This document shows, in pieces, positions 25,901 through 32,325 of a stretch of 32,325 bases of DNA (position 1 is the first letter of the stretch; each line of letters begins with the position of its first letter). A model generated the notes under the pieces. The model saw only the letters and a program-made list of their open reading frames with translations, was not told the DNA's origin and searched no databases. A program made the position numbers and the translations under genes. Origin of the DNA: Octopus bimaculoides (lineage: Eukaryota); the NCBI RefSeq assembly GCF_001194135.2, contig NC_068993.1, positions 17,848,809-17,881,133 on the forward strand, written 5' to 3'.

Positions 25901-28900
25901 GAAGGATAGGGTATGGCTATATATGATCATAATGGATAAAAATACATGTTATATAGGTTCAGTGCATGAATATATATTAAAATATAATTATTATTATCTA
26001 CGAGTAGATAGATACATGTAGGAGTACATAAAAAGTTACAAAATCATAGGATAAATGCTAATCACATATGGAGTAGAGCATTTGTATATGCATTCACATA
26101 TGTATATATGTGATTGCATATTTAACATACATGTGATTGCATATTTAACATACATGTGATTGCATACATATTTAAGCATATAGATAGACAAATATATATA
26201 CATATATATACAGTGAAATTTAATATTAAAATATGATGTGCATGTTTTTACTGCTTAAACTTGAATTACAGATGAGGCTCTTTAAAAAACTGTAGCTTCC
26301 ATTTTAAACATCAGAAGTTCGAAATGCATAGTTACAATTTACTTCCAAGAAATGGAAATTATTTATGACTTGACCCAATGCATACACATACACACACACA
26401 CACACACATATATATCAGTATCCTCATCATTTAGCTTCCATTTTCCATGCTGACATGGGTTAGATAGTTTGACTGGGACTGGCAAGCCAGAGAGCTGCAC
26501 CAGCTGCCAGTCCGATTTTGGCCTGGTTTCTACAGCTGGATGTCCATCCTAATGCCAACCACTCCAAGAGTGTAAGCAGTGCCTTAAATGAGTGACTGAC
26601 ATGGTAGCTTTCATGTGTCACTGACACAGGTACTTTTACATGTCACTGGACATCAGCCCTGATTATGGTTTCACTTGATGGGTCTTCTTAAACACAACAA
26701 ACCACCAAAAGTCTCACACACTCGCCATCACCTCTTTGAGACACAACTTTCAAAGGTCATGCTTCACCACCTCATTCCATGTCTTCCTGGGTCTACCTCT
26801 TCCACAGGTTCCCTCCACAGTTAGAGACTGACACTTCTTTACACAGCCGTCCTCATCCATATGCATCATACCAGCACAGTCATCTCTTGATACTTCTTAT
26901 CAAATACCCTAACTCTCGTGAGGATTTAACCCTTTAGTATTTAAACTGGCTGTATACAGCCCAAATATTCCTTTTGTTTTATGGTGAAAGTGACTAGATT
27001 TTGCCTCTCAATGTCATTCTAAAAATAAAGAATCACTTCACTGAAATCTCAAAGCTACAAGATAATGCATGATTAATTCAAAACAATGCAAATAAACAAG
27101 CATTACATTTGACAGTAATCTGAATGCTTAAGGGTTACATGATGTATTTTAAAATTAACCTAGTGCAATTATTGACATCAGGAGCATCTCATAAATGAAT
27201 GTCCATTAATTTAAGAATATTTAGGTCATTATTTCTGATCAACAAAATAGAATGCATGCTCCATTTTTAATGATTGAACTGAATAAAACCATGTAACACT
27301 AATACTTGTTTGGGGACCTGAAATTTCTCAAAACAAAATCACATCTGTGAGGAACTGACTCTTCCTCCTCCTCCTCCTCATTCGCCGCCACTGCCACTGC
27401 CACCACTACCACCATTTAATGTTTTCCATGCTGGCTTGGATTGAATAGTTTGACAGAAACCGGTAAGGCGAGGAACCACACCAGGTTCCATAGTCTGTTT
27501 TGGTTTGGTTTCTGTGACTGATGATGATAATGGTGATGGTGAGCATGAATGAATAAGCATTATATTTGTCAGAGTAATCTGGATGCTAAAGATTTCAAGA
27601 GAAAAGTACATTTCCTCATGTGAAACATATCTCGCAAATCCAAAGGTACCATGGAAGTACCTTTGGACTTGCTCAATATAGTATGTTAGCGAGTCTTGAA
27701 GATGATAAGCATAGTGGTCGGCCATCGGATGTTGACAACGATCAACTAAGAGCCTTAGTCGAAGCCAATCCACGCACAACTGTTCGAGAGCTTGCTTCTG
27801 AATTAGACATAATGTATATGACAATTTCCAGCCACTTGAAAGAGATTGGAAAGTAGAGTCAAACCACAAAATGAAGATTTTAACCACACTGCCACACCTG
27901 CAATTAGTAACTGCAACTTGACACCCTGTCTCAGGAAAAGCATTGTAGTATCTATGCAAATCAGGATCAGGCAGGTTGAGCAGAAAAAAGAAGCCAGATC
28001 TATCCAATATGCAACACGCAGAATGTTTTGTACCCATACTAGACTTGTCAGCCACTCTTAGACACAATGTTTGAGTTCTTTGGACCCAAAAGTGACATCA
28101 TGGTCATCATTTATATGAAAGATCTAAAGCAGGGGTTCTCAACCATTTTTCCTCTATGGACCCTTGTAATTACTGTTTTATTCTGGTGGACCCCCATAAC
28201 CATTTGATGTTTGAAAACTAGTTTTATAGAAACTTCTTTCGTAATTCCTATTTTGTTATTTCACACATTAGCTTGTGTAGGTTGAACTATGTAAAATGTT
28301 AGAGAAAGAAACTTAGTTGTTTCTTGCAATGCATACCAATACATATGTTTAACACAACATTTTTTTCTGAAGCCCTTAAAATACTAATATGGATCCCCAA
28401 TTTACTATTTTGTGGTGTGGACCCCCAAAAATCATATGGAACCACTGGTCTAAAGTATCTCATAAAACAAAAACAGCACAAAAAGAAAACAGAAATATTA
28501 TACTTTGAACCCTCGATTTCTGATTGCATTAAAAGAGTCCATATTGAGATATGATATTTCTTGGGCAATTTAAACAAGATGAAGCCTATCACTCTACAGT
28601 GAGTGAGTCAGTGAGTGCATGCGTATGCATGAGAGAGAGAGAGAGAAGGGACATCAACTTTAATACTGAACTGGTATTTTATTTACTGACCCTAAAAGGA
28701 TGAAAGGCAAAATTGACCATAGAAGGATTTGAACCCACTACACAGAGCTAGACTGAATACTACAAGGCATTCTACTCAACCATCTAACAAGCCTGCCCAA
28801 CTCACTGTCTATTACTGCCTAATTTATCATAGGCATATCAGATACTAATGAAAACCAAGTTAGTTCATTTTCAAAATTTACATAAGTTGTAGCATGTCAA

Positions 28901-29134
28901 GAATTCTAACATGTCAACAAGAGTTCCACAGGATTGTGATGATAAAATATTATGTTCAACAGGATTCTAATTACAAGAATTTGAAAACATTTTGAACACT
29001 TACCAATTTTTTAGAGTCCACTTCTTTTAAGAAAATATGAAAGACTAGCTTATAGATATAGCGATGTTTCCATCTTATAGTCACACAAGTGTCATTAATA
29101 TTCAAATCGACGTTCTTCACAGGTGATGGTTGGG
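4035..29134 (-). CDS. dome: Partial multi-exon gene: Domeless/gp130-like tall class I cytokine receptor (4 FN3 + TM + juxtamembrane)
   Basis: Nine exons with AG/GT boundaries and phases that chain in frame, except for one junction that spans an N-gap. FN3 Trp/Tyr patterns, many N-x-S/T sequons, a single TM helix. Motifs [49 protein letters not shown] and YVVSYC recall invertebrate Domeless. The symbol is a homolog-family name from motif recognition, not a database hit. Confidence 0.8.
4775..5223. repeat. Long inverted repeat / foldback element (195-bp arms, about 97% identical, 59-bp spacer)
   Basis: 4775-4969 is the reverse complement of 5029-5223 with about 6 mismatches by manual comparison. 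There are internal hairpins at 4993-5015 and 5020-5048. Confidence 0.95.
5262..5425 (-). mobile_element. tRNA-SINE 5' half
   Basis: Matches the main family head and middle; adjoins (GT)n at 5225-5262. Confidence 0.75.
5850..6380 (+). mobile_element. Degenerate RTE-clade LINE 3' ORF region (different family)
   Basis: Decayed KVTNEE.Y.DLP...HC.RH...ASQ-type C-terminal RT pattern with many stops; read by eye. Confidence 0.45.
6610..6685 (-). CDS. Transmembrane exon ([26 protein letters not shown]), phase 1->2
   Basis: Acceptor ttttttccag|GT and donor AAA CG|gtatgg. 76 nt. About 21 hydrophobic residues followed by KR stop-transfer. Confidence 0.9.
7228..7696. repeat. Exact 143-bp direct duplication (7228-7370 = 7554-7696) across a 10-N gap
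   Basis: Direct comparison; the second copy starts at the first base after the gap. Confidence 0.9.
7435..7483 (-). ncRNA. Minimal type I hammerhead ribozyme motif (U4C core variant), Penelope-type
   Basis: Minus strand: GTCT-CCGATGA-A-GGGAAG[tactggat]CTTCCC-A-GAAACAGCTGTA^AGAC. Stem I 4 bp, stem II 6 bp, palindromic stem III ACAGCTGT, GUA cleavage triplet. Confidence 0.72.
8083..8745 (-). mobile_element. Tc1/mariner DD37D (maT-type) transposase relic with terminal repeat
   Basis: [12 protein letters not shown]...WQQDSAPCH...[15 protein letters not shown], with 37 residues between the 2nd and 3rd Asp. Two in-frame TGA stops in the core. End CAGGGTG at 8083. Confidence 0.88.
8880..9450 (-). 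mobile_element. RTE LINE 3' fragment
   Basis: [22 protein letters not shown]...LREKLDIR matches the plus-strand RTE at 11190-11416. Confidence 0.85.
9515..9700 (-). mobile_element. Penelope-like terminal fragment with a decayed hammerhead-like motif (9583-9618)
   Basis: CTTT-CTGTCGA-A-TAGC[atag]GCTC-AAAATGT-A-AAAG has hammerhead topology with a degenerate core. Confidence 0.4.
9985..11155 (+). mobile_element. RTE LINE reverse transcriptase region + 3' UTR, internally deleted
   Basis: [51 protein letters not shown] and (Y>C)ADD motifs; (GAT)n tail near 11150. Confidence 0.92.
11190..12055 (+). mobile_element. Young 5'-truncated RTE LINE (interrupted by a 422-N gap), (GAT)n tail
   Basis: [11 protein letters not shown]...[10 protein letters not shown]...; CpG-rich; 3' end catgctagcatggaaagcggacgttaaacg(atg)n. 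Confidence 0.9.
12060..12735 (+). mobile_element. Old degenerate RTE endonuclease-region fragment
   Basis: Traces of EML..R..D....Q and LAEKWIK.I parallel to the 1440-1950 copy. Confidence 0.4.
13138..13287 (-). CDS. Exon, FN3-D second half ([50 protein letters not shown]), phase 1->1
   Basis: Acceptor tttttttcag|GT and donor AAA A|gtaagt. 150 nt. Y.I..L....Y.V.V...T..G.GP is an FN3 pattern. Confidence 0.9.
13555..13745 (-). mobile_element. RTE 3' UTR fragment
   Basis: catcatcat...ttttccatgctggcatgggtt...cagctggatgcccttcctaatgccaac, shared with the other RTE tails. Confidence 0.8.
13953..14315 (+). mobile_element. Two adjacent tRNA-SINE 5' halves (about 13953-14135 and 14145-14315)
   Basis: Both have ggttctgagttcagt(t)ccact and the ttgggaaag/ttaggcaag middle of the main family. 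Confidence 0.8.
14316..15502 (-). mobile_element. 5'-truncated RTE LINE inserted at the SINE internal microsatellite
   Basis: (CAT)n tail, full 3' [24 protein letters not shown] and SGKWPC.IC.KG..NSI.C..CK.W.HK.CS zinc-finger-like segment; (TA)n at the 5' end. Confidence 0.9.
15715..15950 (+). mobile_element. tRNA-SINE 3' half
   Basis: ttgacaaccagtg...gtaacttagcagttcagcaaaagagactgatagaataagtac...gcagtctaatgactgaa. Confidence 0.8.
16083..17020. mobile_element. hAT-type MITE with 8-bp TSD, interrupted by a gap and a younger insertion
   Basis: Ends (t)ggtggttctcaac ... gttgggaaacattg; flanks gtctaaac (16075-82) and gtttaaac (17021-28). Confidence 0.65.
16514..16822 (+). mobile_element. CpG-rich young interspersed element (probable SINE body), 5' end in the gap
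   Basis: GC and CpG content far above the flanks; no ORF; nested in the hAT MITE. Confidence 0.5.
17212..17246 (+). ncRNA. Minimal hammerhead-like motif (antisense to the receptor gene)
   Basis: GAT-CTGAAGA-A-GGAAT[tgt]ATTCC-GAAATAT-C^ATC. Canonical core, 5-bp stem II, palindromic ATAT stem III, AUC triplet, 3-bp stem I. Confidence 0.55.
17815..18118 (-). mobile_element. tRNA-derived SINE (third family); related copy at about 5620-5800
   Basis: Minus-strand head tggcccagtgattagg...ggttccattccc, then gagcaaaacacttcatttcatgttgctccag. Confidence 0.65.
18228..18377 (-). CDS. Exon, FN3-D first half ([50 protein letters not shown]), phase 1->1
   Basis: Acceptor ttctttaatttcag|AA and donor GAA G|gtaagt. 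150 nt, open. Not in the ORF track. Confidence 0.9.
18510..18827 (-). mobile_element. 5'-truncated RLE-type non-LTR retrotransposon (R4/Dong-like) 3' end
   Basis: [28 protein letters not shown]...IPII...LG...LLGTAHILR is a restriction-like endonuclease C-terminus. Flanked on both sides by (TAA)n. Confidence 0.8.
18975..19072 (+). mobile_element. RTE 3' terminal fragment
   Basis: Nearly identical to 11941-12030. Confidence 0.85.
19535..19785 (+). mobile_element. Non-autonomous element ending in an RTE-like tail; second copy at about 31185-31435
   Basis: Both copies start ccttgtcttgaca... and end ...gggcatc...gtagaaaatctgcc...gcatg(g)aaaag...(atg)n. Confidence 0.6.
19958..20111 (-). CDS. Exon, FN3-C second half ([51 protein letters not shown]), ends phase 1
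   Basis: Acceptor ccttcattcag|AGA; an alternative AG 2 nt downstream is possible. Weak donor AAA A|gtatat. Domeless-type GSSG.IW..C motif. Confidence 0.85.
20254..20353. other. 100-N assembly gap (other gaps: 1951-2050, 4731-4740, 7544-7553, 11417-11838, 16215-16513, 21108-21898)
   Basis: Runs of N. An exact 100 N usually denotes unknown gap size. Confidence 0.95.
20629..20833 (-). CDS. Exon, FN3-B second half ([14 protein letters not shown]...[25 protein letters not shown]), phase 0->1
   Basis: Acceptor tctctccacag|AGC and donor AAA G|gttagc. 205 nt = 68 codons + 1. I.A.N..G.S motif. Confidence 0.88.
21980..22062 (-). CDS. Exon, FN3-B first half ([28 protein letters not shown]), phase 1->0
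   Basis: Acceptor cttctttgcag|TT and donor TGG AAG|gtaaac. 83 nt. Not shown in the ORF track. P..P.I..GSF...VTVFW motif. Confidence 0.88.
22745..23112 (-). mobile_element. Two tandem tRNA-SINE 5' halves separated by (TA)n
   Basis: Both match the main family head and middle in reverse orientation. Confidence 0.8.
23166..23310 (-). CDS. Exon, FN3-A second half ([48 protein letters not shown]), phase 0->1
   Basis: Acceptor tattttcag|TTG and donor AGT G|gtaagt. 145 nt. L.P...Y.L.I.A......YSEP is an FN3 C-terminal pattern. Confidence 0.9.
23645..23995 (+). mobile_element. Internally deleted mariner (MITE-like), both TIRs, TA TSD
   Basis: Left tattagtttgtcaagaaagttctt against right aagaactttcttgacaacctaata (1 mismatch). 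The interior encodes only [14 protein letters not shown]...[17 protein letters not shown]. Confidence 0.9.
24074..24172 (-). ncRNA. Hammerhead-like core with extended stem II, probably inactive
   Basis: CTGAGGA-GATACAAC...GTTGTATC-GAAACATGT(G). 8-bp stem II with an internal 8-bp helix TATACAGG/CCTGTATA. G at the cleavage position and no stem I. Confidence 0.5.
24430..25390 (-). mobile_element. Possible highly decayed Penelope-like RT relic
   Basis: Only faint motif traces with many stops. It lies upstream of the hammerhead-like motif on the same strand and is separated from it by an RTE tail at about 24339-24428. Confidence 0.25.
25396..25803 (-). mobile_element. tRNA-derived SINE (main family), best preserved full-length copy
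   Basis: Minus strand: aggcgtaggagtggctgtgtggtaag...ggttccgggttcagtccc (A/B boxes), internal microsatellite, CpGs retained. Confidence 0.9.
26108..26166. repeat. 23-bp tandem repeat x2.5 (atgtgattgcatatttaacatac)
   Basis: Direct reading. Confidence 0.9.
26420..26890 (-). mobile_element. RTE 3' UTR / C-terminal fragment
   Basis: Colinear with 14330-14900. Confidence 0.85.
27690..27856 (+). mobile_element. Mariner transposase HTH fragment
   Basis: [38 protein letters not shown]...[10 protein letters not shown] is a mariner N-terminal/HTH signature. Confidence 0.88.
28130..28447. mobile_element. hAT-type MITE (318 bp) with 8-bp TSD
   Basis: caggggttctcaac ... ggaaccactg; flanks atctaaag (28122-29) and gtctaaag (28448-55). 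Confidence 0.8.
29004..29134 (-). CDS. Exon, FN3-A first half ([43 protein letters not shown]), phase 1->0
   Basis: Acceptor ttttacag|CC and donor TTG|gtaagt. 131 nt = 2 + 43 codons. P.PV.N..L......V.I.W is an FN3 N-terminal pattern. Confidence 0.88.
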
Positions 29135-29214
29135 CTGTAAAATTACAAGTAAATATCAAATAAATATTTTATAAAATTTATGTCAAAAAATAATCTTTCT
29201 TTTCATTTTTCAGA

Positions 29215-29585
29215 CATAGGCATGACTGAGCGGTTTCCAGCCACATGGTTGTAGGTTCAGTCCCACTACATGACACCTTGGGCAAGTGTCTTCTACTATA
29301 GCCTTGGACCAACAAAGACCTTGTGAGTGGATTTGATAGGCAGAAACTGAACGAAGCCAGTCATATGTGAGTGTGTGTGTTTGTGTCTGTGTTTGTCCCT
29401 CACTACTACTTGACAACCAGTGTTGGTTTATTTACATCCCTGTAACTTAGTGGTTCAGCATAAGTGACTGACAGAATAAGTACTAAGCTTTAAAAATAAA
29501 TAAATACTAGGGTTGATTTATATGACTAAACTTCTTCTAGGTGCCCCAGCATGGCTACAGTCTAATGACTGAAACAAATCAAAAA
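29215..29585 (+). mobile_element. tRNA-derived SINE (main family), full length, about 80 bp from the 29134 acceptor
   Basis: ggttgtaggttcagtcccact...ccttgggcaagtgtcttctactatagcc...gtctaatgactgaaacaa. Confidence 0.85.
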
Positions 29586-30084
29586 TATGCTTTAGTCATA
29601 TTTCTTAATTTGATAATCCGTTCTATCAAAGGCACAAGGCCTGAAATTTTGGGGACTAGTTGATCACATTGACCTCAGTGTTACACTGGTACTTAATTGA
29701 TAAGTCCCCCCAGCACACACACACAAAAGAATGAAAGGCAAAGTCAACCTTGGTGGAATTTGAACTCAGTACTTAGACAAATGAAATTCCGCTAAGCATT
29801 TTGCCTGGCAAGCTAACGATTCTACCAGCTTGCTGCCTTTATTTCTTAATTTAACCCATATATACCCCTGGTTGCATTTTCGCAATGCAAAACCTGCTCC
29901 TACCTATTTGGATATGAACTTGCAGGGAAGCATGTGACTAAACATATGAAATGCTTAGTAGGTAGTCAACACCCATAGCTAGCAGTTGCATACTGTCCTT
30001 CTCTTCCAGATCGTGAAAGCTTACCATAACATTTAATCTAAATATAGAGAAATTTTTTATGGGTATATATGGGTTAATAATGTT

Positions 30085-30330
30085 TTAGGCATAGAACTGA
30101 TGCCATGCTGGGGCACTGCCTTGAAGGGTTTAGCTGAATGAATCAATTCCAGTATTTTTTTTTTTTTAGATCTGCTAATTATTCTATCAGGTCTCTTTCT
30201 GAACTGCTATGCTATGGGAATGTAAAAAGATCAACACCAGTTGTCAGAAGTGGGGTGGAGGGGACAAACACAAAGATGTACATACACACACACACACATA
30301 TGCATATATATGTGTGAATGTATATATGTG
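30085..30330 (-). mobile_element. tRNA-SINE 3' half
   Basis: gccatgctggggcactgcc...attctatcaggtctc...caacaccagttgtca. Confidence 0.7.
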
Positions 30331-30380
30331 TGTGTGTGTGCATGTGTATGCATACATACATACATATACATGTGTATATA

Positions 30381-31135
30381 CAGGGTCTTCCAGATAAAGT
30401 GAGACAATTTTTACGATACATAAAACTGGTTATAAATGCTAAAATTATGGTCGTAGATGAAATGTTTTCTGCAGCTGCTACAACCTCTGCCTTTTTGATT
30501 TTGTGTGTCGCACACATGATGCAGGTCTTTGAAACTGCTGACACTCAAATGTGGTGAAGCATTTGTCCTTGCTTGAAGTATGCCCTATAAGAGTTCTTCA
30601 GGATGTCCAGATACTCCTTTGTGCCAATCTTCAAGCCAGACTCAATAAAGTGTGAATCCATGACACTTCCATCAAATGCCATGGCTCCAAATACCATCAC
30701 AGAGACAGGATTCTTAATCTCAAACACAGTGTGGACATCAGAAGGGATGTATGCAATCACTCAAAAATTTCTGCGATTCACCTCAGCATCCACAGTGAAC
30801 TTCTCATCCACAAACATAGGAGTTTTTCCTGCACCTTAATGCTTGATGAATGACAGAAGCTTTGGGCATCTCTCAACTTTGATTGCTTTGGCCTTGGCTG
30901 TTAGGAAGTGATGGTGTCGACAAACATATCTAGTCGTGTCAAGATTCTTGTTCACAGCGCTGTGGAAAGGGACACATTGTATTTCTTTGCAAGAATTGTC
31001 ATGGATGTGAGATGGTTTGGCTTCAATCAAGCATTTAAGGCCAGTGAGAAACTTTGGATTGTGCTTGGAATCACTTTGAGTCTTGTGTTCTTTTCTATCA
31101 ATCTTTCACTCTTCTTTAAATTGTTTATACACACT
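30381..31135 (-). mobile_element. Second maT/Tc1-like transposase relic, internally deleted
   Basis: KNPVSVMVFGAMAFDG.VM..HF.E.GLKI....YLDILK parallels the 8.6-kb copy. The catalytic C-terminal Asp region is missing. End ta|CAGGGT at 30381. Confidence 0.75.
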
Positions 31136-31854
31136 TCATATATCTATCTACATAGATAGCAGTGCGTGTGTGTGTGCATGTGTGTTTGTGTCGCCTTGTC
31201 TTGACAGACATTGAGTGATAGTTATAAACGAATGTCACTATCATAATATAAGCAGTGTAATTCGTTTCCATATTATCCTGTGAGAACAGGTTAATGGTGG
31301 AAATGATACCTTGCCTGGAAACAGATGAAGATTAGCAACAGGAAAGGCATCTGGACGTAGAAAATCTGCCTGAACGCACCTGGTCCAATTGATGCAAAAT
31401 ATGGAAAAGTTAATATTGAAATGATGATGATGATACACTGTCTCATCAGCCAAGGTTAAGCTTACTATTACTACTGTTGCTCTCTTTTGTGCATAAATGT
31501 TGTATGCTGCTCAAATGAACTCAACCTAGCTGTATATATATTCCAACTTCATTCTCGTCAATCTAGTGCCAGTTAGATATCAGTGCCAGGGTTATTCAAT
31601 TCTAGATTAATTTAATCTACAAAGTATTCTTTGGATGTCTCTTCCATTAGTAAGTCATTCTTATTTACATCCTTGAAGGTAATGAAATTCAGAGCTTTCT
31701 TGATCTGACAACCTCCTTGATGTATTGACATTGACTCTTCACTTAAACAAAAGGTTTAATTTCTGGTGAAGACTCTTAGAGAGCAGCTGCAACTAATTAT
31801 GGCATTTTGCTTTCATGCAATGAAGTGCAAACATTTCACACTTAAAACACAAGA

Positions 31855-32232
31855 GAGGTAAGGGAAGAGAGGGGGAGAGAGAGAGAGACAGACAGACAGA
31901 CAAAAATAGATGGGGGGAAAGAGAGAGAGAGGGGGAGAGACAGAGACAGGAGGGAGAGGGTGAGATAGGGACAGAGAAAGAGAGCAAGAGAGAGAGGGGG
32001 GATAGAGGAGAGAGAAAGAGAGAGGGAGGGACAGGGGGAGAGAGAGTGGGAGGAGGGAGGGACAGGGGAGAGAGAGTGGGAGGAGGGAGGGAAAGAGAGA
32101 TAGAGAGGAGGGATAGAGAGAGTGAGAGAGGGAGGGACAGAGAAAGAGAGCAAGACAGGAGAGAGGAGAGATAGAAAGAGAAGGGGAGGGACAGTGGGAG
32201 GAGGGATGGAGAGAGAGAGAAAGAGAGAGAGG
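31855..32232. repeat. Long GA-rich polypurine tract with about 30-bp internal repeats
   Basis: Almost only G/A on the + strand; gagggagggacagggg(g)agagagagtgggag is repeated. Confidence 0.9.
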
Positions 32233-32325
32233 ATTTCAGACTAGAATGACTAATCTCTCACAGACTTTTGAATTTTTACATTGAAAAATATTTGTGGTAC
32301 CCCATTGTTGCATAACCCCACCCCG

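Noticed and set aside
26108-26166. Short direct repeats as a CRISPR-like array
   Set aside because: Head-to-tail tandem with no spacers, in eukaryotic intron DNA.
27378-28067. 229-aa minus-strand ORF
   Set aside because: It is the antisense of the mariner fragment plus RTE UTR pieces; no coherent domain and no splice support.
31615-31745. Open 42-codon minus-strand stretch (EESMSIHQGGCQIKKALNF...)
   Set aside because: No in-frame acceptor or donor and no similarity to the receptor domains that I can recognise.
31855-32232. Polypurine tract as a functional triplex/G4 element
   Set aside because: Such GA microsatellite tracts are common in this kind of genome, and nothing here indicates function.
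32262-32325. Open minus-strand frame at the window edge (RGGVMQQWGTTNIFQCKNSKV) ending at a phase-1 T|gtgaga, a possible upstream receptor exon
   Set aside because: Weak donor, no acceptor visible, no FN3/CBM motif; 21 open codons occur easily by chance.

Overview
AT-rich, microsatellite- and transposon-dense eukaryotic DNA with seven N-gaps. The tRNA-SINE, RTE-LINE and (TA)n/(CA)n repeat landscape looks like an Octopus (coleoid cephalopod) genome; this is an inference. The window is the interior of one minus-strand, intron-rich gene that the ORF track shows only in pieces. Ten GT-AG exons (29134-29004, 23310-23166, 22062-21980, 20833-20629, 20111-19958, 18377-18228, 13287-13138, 6685-6610, 4074-4035, plus one exon predicted in the 20254-20353 gap) give four FN3 domains, a transmembrane helix and a basic/Pro-containing juxtamembrane peptide. 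Nine of these are read directly. The motifs (GIYSEP at the WSxWS position, [25 protein letters not shown]) match a Domeless/gp130-type tall class I cytokine receptor. The 5' exons and the rest of the cytoplasmic tail were not found in the window. The introns contain RTE LINE fragments, tRNA-SINEs, Tc1/mariner (DD34D-type and DD37D maT), hAT and MULE relics, and an R4/Dong-like fragment in a (TAA)n array. They also contain a 449-bp near-perfect foldback next to the Box1-like exon and four minimal hammerhead-ribozyme-like motifs, three of them on the pre-mRNA strand.
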